Part shown: piece by piece, positions 7,680 through 17,914 of the stretch | How positions within the stretch are numbered: the first letter of the stretch is position 1 | Layout: every line of letters begins with the position of its first letter | Origin: Desulfomonilia bacterium | GTDB taxonomy: Bacteria > Desulfobacterota > Desulfomonilia > UBA1062 | Length of the DNA: 64,000 bases | NCBI GenBank assembly: GCA_963664325.2 | Contig: CAXXDQ010000008.1 | Location: 192,001 to 256,000, forward strand | Direction: 5' to 3' | The notes under the pieces: model-generated | What the model saw: the letters and a program-made list of their open reading frames with translations, nothing else | The model's database searches: none | Told to the model about the DNA's origin: nothing | Made by a program: the position numbers and the translations under genes

Positions 7680-10271
7680 ATGGGACTGTCGGCAAGGGTT
7701 ACTACCGGTATTGAGGGGCTCGATAATATAATCGACGGCCTCAGGATGGGAGACAATGTCGTCTGGCAGATTGAAGACATAAACAATTACAAAAAACTTG
7801 CGGAAGCTTTTGTAAAAAGTGCCATAAATGAAAAAAGACATGTCGTTTACATGAGATTCGGCCATCACGATCCTTTGTTTACATCAGGCGACGGGTTGAA
7901 AATCTATACGCTGAATCCGGACATAGGTTTTGAAGGGTTCTCATCAGAAGTACATAAAATAATAACAAAAGAGGGCCGGGACGTCTTTTACGTTTTCGAC
8001 AGCCTCTCCGATCTGCTGTCTTCTTGGGCGACTGATCTGATGATTGGCAATTTCTTTTTTATAACATGCCCCTATCTCTTTGATCTGAATACTGTCGCCT
8101 ATTTTGCACTTCTGCAAAACCGCCATTCGCACCACACGATTGCCAGAATAAGAGAGACCACGCAGCTCCTCATGGATGTGCACAGCACCGGAAAGGATTT
8201 GTATGTGCACCCCTTGAAGGTATGGAAAAGGTATTCGCCGACCATGTTCCTGCCTCATATGAAGGACGGGGATGCATTTGTTCCGATTACAAGAAGCCTT
8301 GACGCCTCCCGCCTGCTGTCACAGATATCCCGGAGATGGGATGAATCCACAAGAAGACAGCTCGATTACTGGGACAGGCTTTTCCTTCAGGCGGAAGAGA
8401 TGCAGACAAGGGATGTCAGCCCCGATGAAAAGAAAGAGATGATAGACCAGTTGTGCAGGATCATGCTGGTAAGGGAACCCCAAATGCTTGGCCTCGCCAG
8501 GGATCATTTCACGCTCGAGGACCTGCTGCAGATTAAAACCAGATTGATCGGAACTGGATATATCGGCGGCAAAACAGTGGGGATGCTGCTTGCAAGAAAG
8601 ATCCTCACGACAGATACCAGGATCGGGTTTGAACAGTATTTTGAACCACATGACTCCTTTTTTATAGGCTCGGATGTCTTTTATACCTATATTGTTCAGA
8701 ACGGCTGGTGGAAGCTGAGGATGAAGCAGAAGACAAAGGAGGGCTATCTAAAGGTCGCAAGAGAACTGAAGAATAAAATGGCTAAGGGCGTTTTCCCGGA
8801 CGAAGTCAAGGAGCAATTCTTACAGGTAATCGAATATTTCGGGCAGTCTCCCATAATAATCAGGTCTTCTTCCCTGCTCGAGGATTCCTTCGGCCATGCA
8901 TTTGCAGGGAAGTACGAAAGCTTTTTCTGCGCAAATCAGGGTACGCCCGAGGAGAGGTATGTCCAGTTCGAAGAAACGGTCAGAAAGGTTTACGCATCAA
9001 CGATGAATGAGGATGCGCTTATTTACAGGAGACAGCGCGGCCTGGAGGATCATGACGAGCAGATGGCGTTACTTGTGCAGCGTGTTTCCGGGGCTCACAG
9101 GAAAGATTACTTCTTCCCGGACCTTGCCGGCGTGGGTATGTCCTATAATACATTTGTCTGGAACAAGGGGATGAATCCCGCTGCCGGCATGCTGAGGCTG
9201 GTCCTCGGGCTCGGTACGCGCGCAGTAAACCGCATCGAAAATGACTATCCGAGAATGGTGGCCCTTGATGAACCCTTGCTGAGACCTCATGCGGGGATGA
9301 AGGATTTGAGAACCTACTCGCAGAGGAATGTCGATCTGATCAATATAAGGGAAAATGCATTTCAGACGGTAACGCTCATAAAGATGTTTGAGGAAAAGGT
9401 TGACATCCCGTTTGAAAAAATTGCCGCTCCTGATTATGAGATGACGGAAATACTGAGGAAGACAAGAGGAGAGGATATTGAGTCCTGGCTCCTGACTTTT
9501 GATAACCTGTTCACTGATACATCTTTTGTCAAGGTAATGCACGGCCTGTTGAAGAACCTTGAGAAGGCATACAGCTATCCTCTGGAGATCGAGTTTACGG
9601 TAAATTTCAATGAAGTGGGCGATTTCAGGATCAACCTGCTCCAGTGCAGGCCGCTGCAGGTCATAGGCATTGAAAAAAATATAAAGTTTCCAGAGAGGAT
9701 AAGTTCAGAAAAAGTAATTTTCAGTATGAACGGAAACTTTATGGGCGGCAGTATCGTTCAGCCGGTAAACAGGGTGATTTTCATACAGCCTGAGGCCTAC
9801 AGCGCCCTTCATCAGCATGAAAAATACGAGGTGGCGAGGATTATAGGCGATCTGAACAGAACGATAGAAAACAGGGATGACATGCCCACAATGCTTCTGG
9901 GTCCGGGCAGATGGGGCACAACAACACCGGCCCTCGGTATCCCGGTCCATTTCTCCGAGATAAACAACATGGCTGTTCTTGGTGAGATTGCCCATCTTGA
10001 CGGCAATCTCATGCCCGAACTTTCTTACGGAACGCATTTTTTTCAGGACCTTGTTGAGAACAGGATATTCTATGTGGCGATCTTCCCCTGGGAGGAAGAT
10101 GTTATTTTCAACAGCAAGAGGCTTTTAAAGGGCAGGAGCATCTTGAGCAGGATTCTGCCGGATGCGAAAAAATATAAAGATGTAATAAAGGTCTTTGAGA
10201 CAGCTGGTTCCGGACTTAATGTGGTCTCGGATGTGGTAACACAAAGGATCATGTGTTTCTTCAGAAGCTGA
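7680..10271 (+). CDS. PEP/pyruvate-binding (PPDK_N/ATP-grasp) domain protein with N-terminal KaiC/RecA-like domain
   Basis: IGGKTVG, IIRSSSLLEDSFGHAFAGKYES, LGLGTRAV, EIEF..LLQCRP, GPGRWG; N-terminus VTTGIEGLDNIIDGLRMGD and VFDSLS. Confidence 0.8.
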   Translation: MGLSARVTTGIEGLDNIIDGLRMGDNVVWQIEDINNYKKLAEAFVKSAINEKRHVVYMRFGHHDPLFTSGDGLKIYTLNPDIGFEGFSSEVHKIITKEGRDVFYVFDSLSDLLSSWATDLMIGNFFFITCPYLFDLNTVAYFALLQNRHSHHTIARIRETTQLLMDVHSTGKDLYVHPLKVWKRYSPTMFLPHMKDGDAFVPITRSLDASRLLSQISRRWDESTRRQLDYWDRLFLQAEEMQTRDVSPDEKKEMIDQLCRIMLVREPQMLGLARDHFTLEDLLQIKTRLIGTGYIGGKTVGMLLARKILTTDTRIGFEQYFEPHDSFFIGSDVFYTYIVQNGWWKLRMKQKTKEGYLKVARELKNKMAKGVFPDEVKEQFLQVIEYFGQSPIIIRSSSLLEDSFGHAFAGKYESFFCANQGTPEERYVQFEETVRKVYASTMNEDALIYRRQRGLEDHDEQMALLVQRVSGAHRKDYFFPDLAGVGMSYNTFVWNKGMNPAAGMLRLVLGLGTRAVNRIENDYPRMVALDEPLLRPHAGMKDLRTYSQRNVDLINIRENAFQTVTLIKMFEEKVDIPFEKIAAPDYEMTEILRKTRGEDIESWLLTFDNLFTDTSFVKVMHGLLKNLEKAYSYPLEIEFTVNFNEVGDFRINLLQCRPLQVIGIEKNIKFPERISSEKVIFSMNGNFMGGSIVQPVNRVIFIQPEAYSALHQHEKYEVARIIGDLNRTIENRDDMPTMLLGPGRWGTTTPALGIPVHFSEINNMAVLGEIAHLDGNLMPELSYGTHFFQDLVENRIFYVAIFPWEEDVIFNSKRLLKGRSILSRILPDAKKYKDVIKVFETAGSGLNVVSDVVTQRIMCFFRS

Positions 10272-10393
10272 GTTGTCCTCAGGTTGAATATTTACGCATT
10301 TAATGAGCGTGCACCGGATCCATGTTGTCCATGTTGACAGGGGCAAGCCCCTTTTTCTTAGTAGGGATGTTCCAAGTTTGTATAACTGATATA

Positions 10394-10421
10394 TTGACAG
10401 TGAATTCTTAATAATTATTAT
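10394..10421 (+). promoter_or_regulatory. Possible sigma-70 promoter
   Basis: TTGACA-N16-TATTAT about 60 nt upstream of the ATG at 10483; AT-rich context makes chance matches likely. Confidence 0.35.
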
Positions 10422-10482
10422 TAATAAATTACGGCATATTATGACAATATAACATAATACAAACCAATCTTCGGGGGCAATT

Positions 10483-11304
10483 ATGAAAAAATTAGCGTGT
10501 CTGGCGGTTATCGGTATCTTATTCTGCATCACATGTGCCTCTATTGCATGGTCTCTCACTCTGACTGGTAAAATCTTGGATGTCGAATCAGGGAATGCAA
10601 TACCCAACGCAACGGTTGATCTGTGGGATTATTCCTTACAGCCGAAACAATCGTTTACGAGCACTGCGGACGGATCATACCTGTTCAGCGGGCTCATATA
10701 CGGAGGGCATTATCATCTGATCGGTTCCTGCACGGGTTATATCGATACGAGTTCTAGTACATTGAACCCTTATGACAACATAAACGATCTCATCCTTGAT
10801 CTTGTGCAAACGGCGCGGTTGTCTGACCTGTTGCCGAGCATTGATACAGCAGCAGGATATGTTTTCGGCCATATCAATGCAGTGAACGCCATGGATACGG
10901 GCGTTGAAGGTGTTACCATAACCGTTACGGACACCGAAGGCCAATCCATCACAGATGCGATGGTCGTCTATCTCGATGAAAACCATATCCCATCGGGAAA
11001 AAACTATACTTCCTCAAGCGGCTTCTTTGTCATTTACATACCCGCCGATGAACTTGGCACCCATACCAATTTGCCGGTAGGGTACCCGACCACATTCAAG
11101 GATATTAACATCGCAGGCCAGCGCGATGGCTGGGTCATAGCGTCGGGACCATGGACGCGGGTATTCCGCTTCAGCAGCACGGAACGGAATATTGTGACTA
11201 TGTACGACACAACGGGGGAAGCTCTAAGTAGTGGTGACTCAAGTTCCAGTGATGAAAGCGGAAGTGGTGGAGGAGGCGGCTGTTTTATATCCACGGCTCT
11301 TTAA
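10483..11304 (+). CDS. Exported protein with carboxypeptidase-regulatory-like beta-sandwich domains and a C-terminal Gly-rich Cys (CFI-box-like) tail
   Basis: Signal peptide; LTGKILD...IPNATV...TADGSYLF; ends SSSSDESGSGGGGGCFISTAL*. Confidence 0.7.
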   Translation: MKKLACLAVIGILFCITCASIAWSLTLTGKILDVESGNAIPNATVDLWDYSLQPKQSFTSTADGSYLFSGLIYGGHYHLIGSCTGYIDTSSSTLNPYDNINDLILDLVQTARLSDLLPSIDTAAGYVFGHINAVNAMDTGVEGVTITVTDTEGQSITDAMVVYLDENHIPSGKNYTSSSGFFVIYIPADELGTHTNLPVGYPTTFKDINIAGQRDGWVIASGPWTRVFRFSSTERNIVTMYDTTGEALSSGDSSSSDESGSGGGGGCFISTAL

Positions 11305-11445
11305 GTATAGTCTCACGCGGCTGACAAGAAGATAATTCCGTTTTTTGCGAAGGCATGGGAAAATATTCCATGCCTTCTGCCTGTCCTGGTTAACACTGAC
11401 TCATGAAGAATCAGGTCAGAGATCTCTGTGTTATGGTTTTATAAA

Positions 11446-12438
11446 TCAAAAAACACCGGCAGCCTTTTTCAATTCAACCAGCAGGTTGTCCTCAACATCT
11501 ATCATGCCGGATTCAAGACGCTGCCTGGCAAGGGCGCTTTCCTTTTCACCGGGAAGGAATATCTCGTCAATACCTGGAAGCCTTTTTGATGACTTCACCT
11601 TCAGTATGATTTCTGAAACGTTTTTCTTGAACCGGTCCTCTCCGTTCAGGAGTTCAGGGTCCACGGCCAGGAGGAGATGGCCCCAGTTGCCTTTGCTGTT
11701 TCCTATACCGCAGAATGCCGCCCCTGTAAGCGGGCCAGCAAGTATCTCTGTAATAAGCGCAAGTCCCGAGCCCTTGTAGCTCCGGTCAAAGGAGCGGATT
11801 GCCCCTGCAATTGCCTTTTTGGGGTCCGTTGTCGGTTCGCCATCGGCATCGTAGGCGATATCGTCTGGAATGCTCCTGCCTGCGGTTACCGCTTCGACAA
11901 GCCCGAAAAATGAGGTCGCGGCAGTTGACATGTCCAGGACAATGGGGTCAGGTTCGGCGGGAATCGCGACTGCTATCGGATTTGTGCCGAACACAGGCTC
12001 ATACGAGCCGTAAGCCGCCACCCTTTCTGGTGACCTGCTGAATACAAAACCGACAAATCCCTTAAGTGCAAGGCGGGATGCATAATAGCCGATAGCCCCG
12101 GAAGATGTGCTTGTGTTGAATGTGCCTGCAATGGCCAATCCGGATTTCCCGGCTTTTTCCATTACACAGCCGAGGGCTTTTTCCATCACGATCATTGCAT
12201 GGTTCTGATTGCCGTTGATCTGCGCCGAAACGGGGGACTCCTTTTCGATTGTTATCCCACCGGCATTCATATTTTTCGGTATCCCCTTGTCGATGAGCTT
12301 GACCACACCCTGATTGTTGTCTCTCATCTGTGCGTACAGCAGGACATCCCTGATGATCTTAACCTCGTCATCATTGTAGCCGTACTTTCTGATGGCAGCT
12401 TCTGTAATATTCACAAGTTCTGCAATCGATATTTTCAT
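11446..12438 (-). CDS. Ldh_2-family (type 2 malate/L-lactate/sulfolactate dehydrogenase-like) oxidoreductase
   Basis: FGTNPIAVAIP, LDMSTA, DGEPTTDP, YKGSGLA..EIL, LPGE. Confidence 0.85.
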   Translation of the reverse strand: MKISIAELVNITEAAIRKYGYNDDEVKIIRDVLLYAQMRDNNQGVVKLIDKGIPKNMNAGGITIEKESPVSAQINGNQNHAMIVMEKALGCVMEKAGKSGLAIAGTFNTSTSSGAIGYYASRLALKGFVGFVFSRSPERVAAYGSYEPVFGTNPIAVAIPAEPDPIVLDMSTAATSFFGLVEAVTAGRSIPDDIAYDADGEPTTDPKKAIAGAIRSFDRSYKGSGLALITEILAGPLTGAAFCGIGNSKGNWGHLLLAVDPELLNGEDRFKKNVSEIILKVKSSKRLPGIDEIFLPGEKESALARQRLESGMIDVEDNLLVELKKAAGVF

Positions 12439-12480
12439 GATTCATTCCCCCGTATATAATCTTGCTTCAATCCTGGCATT

Positions 12481-14148
12481 TCATTTGTAGCTGTCTTTAT
12501 GCACATCCTTGACAGCACGTCCGGAAGGGTCGATCATCTTGGCAAAGGCTTCATCCCACTTGATAGCCGTCGGCGTGGAGCAGGCGACCGAGGGTCCTTC
12601 GGGAACGCAGCGGGCCGAGCTGTCCAGCGGGAAGAATTCCTGAAAAATGGCGCGGTAATAATAAGCCTCTTTCGTAACCGGAGTATTTATCGGAAAGCGG
12701 TAACGGGCGTTTTCCATCTGGGTGTCGCTGACCGCATTCGCCGCAACCTCGCGCAAAGTGTCTATCCATCTGTAGCCGACCCCGTCGGAAAACTGCTCCT
12801 TCTGCCTCCAGGCTACTTCAGGGGGCAGATAATCCTCAAACGCCTTCCTGAGGATATGCTTTTCAATCCTGCCGTCTTTGCACATCTTGTCCTCCGGGTT
12901 GAGCCGCATAGCCACATCCATGAATTCCTTGTCCAGGAACGGAACGCGCCCTTCAACTCCCCAGGCGGCCAGGGATTTGTTGGCTCTCAGGCAGTCGTAT
13001 TTGCTAAGCATGGACAGCTTTCTTACCGTCTCCTCGTGAAATTCTTTAGAATCCGGGGCCTTGTGGAAATAAAGGTATCCGCCGAAAATTTCATCGGCGC
13101 CTTCTCCCGACAGAACCATCTTGACGCCCATTGACTTGATCTTTCTGGACATAAGATACATTGGCGTTGAAGCCCTTATAGTCGTCACATCATAGGTTTC
13201 TATGTGATAGATTACATCACGTATTGCATCCAGGCCTTCCTGAACGGTAAAGGTGAAATTGTGGTGGATTGAACCTATATGCTCAGCCACTTTCTGTGCT
13301 GCCGCAAGGTCTGGAGAGCCTTCCAGTCCTATGGCAAATGAATGCAACTGCGGCCACCAAGCATCCTTGAGACCCCCGGTTTCAACCCTTTTTGCGGAAT
13401 ATTTTTTCGCGACAGCCGAAACTATCGAACTGTCGAGGCCTCCTGAAAGCAGGACTCCGTAAGGGACATCTGACATCAACTGGCGCTCTACCGCTTCCTC
13501 CAGGGCCCTGTGAAGGTCTTTGATGCTGGTCTTGTTGTTCTTCACATTGCCGTATTCCATCCAGTCCCTTTTGTACCATTCAACCGGAGCTCCATCCCTG
13601 CTGAAAAGGTAATGGCCCGGAGGAAACTCCTCAACCGTGTTGCAAACGCCCATAAGGGCCTTCATTTCAGAGGAGACGAAGAAATTGCCATGATCGTCGC
13701 GGCCGGTGTAAAGAGGGATTATTCCTATATGGTCGCGGCCGATCATATATAAGTCATTTTCGCTGTCATAAAGGACAAACGCGAAGATGCCGTTCAAATC
13801 CTCCAGGAAATCGAAACCCTTCTGTCTGTAAAGCGCCAGGATGATCTCGCAGTCGGATTCTGTCAGGAAATTGTATGGTTCCTTAAGCGTCTTTTTAAGG
13901 TCCTTGTGGTTGTAGATCTCACCATTTACAGCTAGGGCAAGCTTCCCATCGTCTGAATAAAGCGGCTGGGCGCCTTTGTTTACATCGACGATTGAAAGCC
14001 TTTCATGAGCGAGTATTGCTTTTTCGCTCACATATATGCCGCTCCAGTCAGGGCCGCGGTGGCGCATTTTTCGGCTCATCTCAAGGGCCTTCACCCTGAG
14101 CTCCTTTGCATCCGTCTTGATGTCTAAAATTCCCAGTATCGAGCACAT
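12481..14148 (-). CDS. asnB: Asparagine synthase B (glutamine-hydrolysing)
   Basis: MCSILG Ntn Cys, RHRGPDWSG, HERLSIVD, NGEIYNH, LLSGGLDSS, SGEGADEIFGGY, RVPFLD, KEQFSDGVG. Confidence 0.96.
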   Translation of the reverse strand: MCSILGILDIKTDAKELRVKALEMSRKMRHRGPDWSGIYVSEKAILAHERLSIVDVNKGAQPLYSDDGKLALAVNGEIYNHKDLKKTLKEPYNFLTESDCEIILALYRQKGFDFLEDLNGIFAFVLYDSENDLYMIGRDHIGIIPLYTGRDDHGNFFVSSEMKALMGVCNTVEEFPPGHYLFSRDGAPVEWYKRDWMEYGNVKNNKTSIKDLHRALEEAVERQLMSDVPYGVLLSGGLDSSIVSAVAKKYSAKRVETGGLKDAWWPQLHSFAIGLEGSPDLAAAQKVAEHIGSIHHNFTFTVQEGLDAIRDVIYHIETYDVTTIRASTPMYLMSRKIKSMGVKMVLSGEGADEIFGGYLYFHKAPDSKEFHEETVRKLSMLSKYDCLRANKSLAAWGVEGRVPFLDKEFMDVAMRLNPEDKMCKDGRIEKHILRKAFEDYLPPEVAWRQKEQFSDGVGYRWIDTLREVAANAVSDTQMENARYRFPINTPVTKEAYYYRAIFQEFFPLDSSARCVPEGPSVACSTPTAIKWDEAFAKMIDPSGRAVKDVHKDSYK

Positions 14149-14248
14149 TTGGTTACTCCTTCAGTTTGTGTTGAGCTGACAAGCCGTCAAGCGTAATCAT
14201 GATATTTTTTCGGCTTCATGGCTTGTCTCCGCTCATAAGCCCTCTCTT

Positions 14249-14641
<393 letters not shown>

Positions 14642-14791
14642 TTACCGGCACATGTGACAGAGTATGTCTGCGGGCTTTTTCTTCGCCCCAGGCTATATAA
14701 ACAAAACGAAATGCTCGGGATACTATTTCCTCCATTCCATTACTGCATCTCCCTGAATACCAAATAGAATTATTTTTTATTTGCATATCAT

Positions 14792-16021
14792 TTAACTGCT
14801 GTAAGCGGTTTCACTGTGTTCGCTCAAATCCATGCCCATTACCTCGGATTCTGGTGTGAGCCTCAGGCCAATGAATTTATCGATTATCTTCAGAAGCAGC
14901 CAGCTTGCTATGAACACGAATGCCCCTACTGCTGCAACCGCCAGTGCCTGAACACCGAGAAGCGAAAGGTTGCCGTTTATGAGGCCGTCTGCACCGGCAG
15001 GATTTATGGCTTTTGATGCGAAGATTCCCACACATATGCTGCCGATAACCCCGCCGAACCCGTGTATGCCGACTACATCGAGACTGTCGTCATACCCGAG
15101 CCTGGATTTTACGGACACCGCTGCATAGCATGCACCGCCAGCCAGAAGGCCGATTATCACAGCCGAATTCGGACCTACAAAACCTGATGCCGGAGTGATG
15201 GTAGCAAGGCCTGCCACAGCACCTGAGGCTGCGCCGAGCGTTGTCGGTTTGCCTCGGTGAAGCCATTCAACAGCAACCCACATTGCCATTCCGGCCATCC
15301 CTCCCAGGTGTGTAGCAATATAGGCATTTCCAGCTACAGCATTGGCCGCCAGGGCGCTGCCGCCGTTGAAACCGAACCAGCCGAACCAGAGCAGGCCTGT
15401 ACCGATAAGGGTCATGGGCAGATTATGGGGAATGAACTTTTCATGGCCGTAACCCTTCCTTACACCTGTAACGACTGCAGCTGCAAGGGCGGCTGCACCG
15501 CAGGATAGATGGACTACAAGCCCGCCGGCGAAATCCAGCACACCCATATTTTTCAGCCACCCTCCTGCACCCCATACCCAATGGCATACCGGATTATACA
15601 CTAAAACAGCCCAGAGAATGCTGAAAAGAAGGAATGGACCGAACCTTATTCTTTCAGCAAATGTACCGGTTATGAGTGCAGGGGTAATTACCGCGAACAT
15701 GCACTGGAAGATCATAAATACATTGTGTGGAATCGTGGCTGCATAATCAGGATTTGGTGCCGATGATACACCGCGGAGGCCGATCCATGAGAAGTTTCCG
15801 ATAAAACCAGCGATATCAGGTCCGAATGAAAGGGAATATCCCAGATAAACCCATTCCAATGTTATCAGTGAAATCATTATAAAGCTCTGCATGATTGTGC
15901 CAAGGACGTTCTTGCCTCTCACCATGCCAGCGTAGAATATTGCAAGACCCGGCACCATGAGCATAACCAGGGCGGATGACAAGAGGACAAAAGCCGTGTC
16001 GGCTGACTGAATATGTTCCAT
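14792..16021 (-). CDS. amtB: Ammonium transporter
   Basis: FQCMFAVITPAL, HWVWG.GGWL, DFAGGLVVH, LWFGWFGFNGGS, DDSLDVVGIHG; start at 16021 after GGAGGT. Confidence 0.96.
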   Translation of the reverse strand: MEHIQSADTAFVLLSSALVMLMVPGLAIFYAGMVRGKNVLGTIMQSFIMISLITLEWVYLGYSLSFGPDIAGFIGNFSWIGLRGVSSAPNPDYAATIPHNVFMIFQCMFAVITPALITGTFAERIRFGPFLLFSILWAVLVYNPVCHWVWGAGGWLKNMGVLDFAGGLVVHLSCGAAALAAAVVTGVRKGYGHEKFIPHNLPMTLIGTGLLWFGWFGFNGGSALAANAVAGNAYIATHLGGMAGMAMWVAVEWLHRGKPTTLGAASGAVAGLATITPASGFVGPNSAVIIGLLAGGACYAAVSVKSRLGYDDSLDVVGIHGFGGVIGSICVGIFASKAINPAGADGLINGNLSLLGVQALAVAAVGAFVFIASWLLLKIIDKFIGLRLTPESEVMGMDLSEHSETAYSS

Positions 16022-16054
16022 GTAAAAACACCTCCGGAGGGTTTTATATGGTAA

Positions 16055-16070
16055 AGCAACTGGAATGCCA
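16055..16070 (-). promoter_or_regulatory. Sigma-54 promoter for amtB-glnK-asnB
   Basis: Minus strand TGGCATTCCAGTTGCT = GG-N10-GC, about 34 nt upstream of the amtB start. Confidence 0.75.
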
Positions 16071-16136
16071 GATATGCATGATTCATAACCACAGGTTAAT
16101 AAAACATTTTTTTGGCAAAAAACTTTAAGGAATGGC

Positions 16137-16221
16137 ACATATTTGTATATTTTCAAGATGCTGAAACAATAATGTGAATTAAATAATAAAAGATTGATTA
16201 AATTTGCAAAATATTGTTTGA
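16137..16221. promoter_or_regulatory. Cluster of putative activator sites between divergent sigma-54 promoters
   Basis: TGAAACAATAATGTG at 16162-16176 (14/15 match to 7461-7475); ACATATTTGT at 16137-16146; a weaker reverse copy at 16206-16221. Confidence 0.55.
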
Positions 16222-16287
16222 CTGAAATACGTTTAAATACCCATTAATTTCATCGGCATATTTTTGCAACCTTTTATTATATGCCAT

Positions 16288-16303
16288 TGGCACAGGGATT
16301 GCT
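16288..16303 (+). promoter_or_regulatory. Sigma-54 promoter for the archaeal-type asparagine synthetase
   Basis: TGGCACAGGGATTGCT matches the TGGCAC-N5-TTGC consensus. Confidence 0.8.
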
Positions 16304-16385
16304 TTTCTATTGTATGAAATCAGGTTGAGATAACTGAACTTAAAAAGCAGACCGCAATTGCGGCTGAAAAAAACAGGAGGATTTT

Positions 16386-17610
16386 ATGACTTTTATCGGC
16401 GAAGATCTGTTCCATTTCCAGGCGTCACTTATTCAGCAGGGCTCTTCTTTTGAAGAGTTCATAAGAGAAAACTACATCAACAAGTGGGTCGGCGATGCGT
16501 TATATGCCGCTATGAATGTGCGCACCACTATGGTGACCGCTGTTCATAATTTCCTGGAAAATGAAGGCCTCCTGAATCTTGAAAGGGTTCAGATGAGCCC
16601 GATTACAGACCCTCTTGCCCATGATGTTGAGCATGTGCCCGTAATCCATTACAAGGGTATGCCATACGTGACAACGCATTCGATGATTTACCATAAGTTC
16701 ATGGCATGTTTTAACCCCAGGTTCAAAGGAATATTTGTTGATTCTCCGAATGTCAGGCTTGAAATAGAAAGTCCGCAGAGAAAACAGCGCGGAAAATATC
16801 TGATAGATTTTTCACAGGTAGACATTGAAGTCAAACGTGGACAGGGCCATCGACTTCGAAACATACAAAAATGAGCCTGAAAAAGTTAAGGTATTACTCC
16901 GTGAGGATCTGGAAAAAGCGTATGATTTTTTTGAAAGGATGCTTATTCATGCTGTCAAGGCGGTAATTGAAAAGAATGAAGATGATCTGAAGGCATTGGA
17001 TGTTACAATTGATGTACCGACCCAACCGTTTCCAAAACTCAGGAACGACGAGATTATGAAGAAGTACGGCAAGGCAGGAGCAGAGACAGGTGCAGGAGAG
17101 GATGCCGGTTCACAGTTCTTCTGGATAATAGGCCTTATGCGCGAAAACTATGACCTTATTTACCCGTACATTCACAAGGACGGCAGCAAAACCCCGATTT
17201 CATCATTCAGCTCTGATATGATTTACAATTACGATATCTGCGTAAGGGCGAAAAGCCGGTCTACAGGGAAATATATGCCTGCCCTTGAGATTCTCTCCGG
17301 TGCGGTCCGCGAATGGCTTTACGAGCCTATTGTTGAGAGACTCATTGACAACAAGGTAATAGTGGAAAGGCCGGTGTTCAAGGACGGCAATATAACCAAT
17401 ATAGATATACTTGACGGGTACGGGCCTTTCCTTGCAACCGTCAACATGAAGGACGCTTCCGGCAAGCCCTATTTCCCTGATACCTTCGGTGGCGGATTGG
17501 GGGTTGAGCGTCTCCTCTATGGACTCCTCAGGGGCAGCAAGATCGAGAAGATCGACGACGTTACGTTCTTTGGCAAAAACCCGGATTCCTTCCCGATATT
17601 CCTTTTCTAG
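16386..17610 (+). CDS. Archaeal-type ammonia-dependent asparagine synthetase (AsnRS-catalytic-core paralog, AS-AR); +1 frameshift near 16839
   Basis: SPITDPL, THSMIYHK, SPNVRLE, FSQVDIEV, then EILSGAVREWLYE and GGGLGVERL; no anticodon-binding domain. Removing one G in CGTGGAC joins the two ORFs. Confidence 0.78.
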
Positions 17611-17617
17611 CATAAAA

Positions 17618-17655
17618 GGCAGGAGGAGGCAGATGCCTCTTCCTGTGCCTGTTTA
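17618..17655 (+). terminator. Probable intrinsic terminator
   Basis: CAGGAGGAGGC-AGAT-GCCTCTTCCTG hairpin just after the stop, with a short T tract. Confidence 0.5.
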
Positions 17656-17914
17656 ATAGCCCTTGCCGGTAAATAATGGCATCGGTAATATATATTCCTT
17701 GGGATTTCCATGATGGTTATATCAATAACGATATAGAATTCCCTCTCGAATAAGCGCCGGCTGTCACAGTTTATGCAATATTGTGTTGGGAATTATCTGC
17801 ATTGAAACCCCTTCGACATGCTGGTTTTCCGGTATTATAATTTCTGCAGCTTGTGAGTGATTTTCTGCTGTGGTAAAAAAGCATTGTAACAGCATGATTT
17901 GATGGTGAGGTTTA

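Noticed and set aside
16254-16268. CGGCATATTTTTGCA as an extra sigma-54 promoter
   Set aside because: GG-to-GC spacing is 9 nt, not the required 10.
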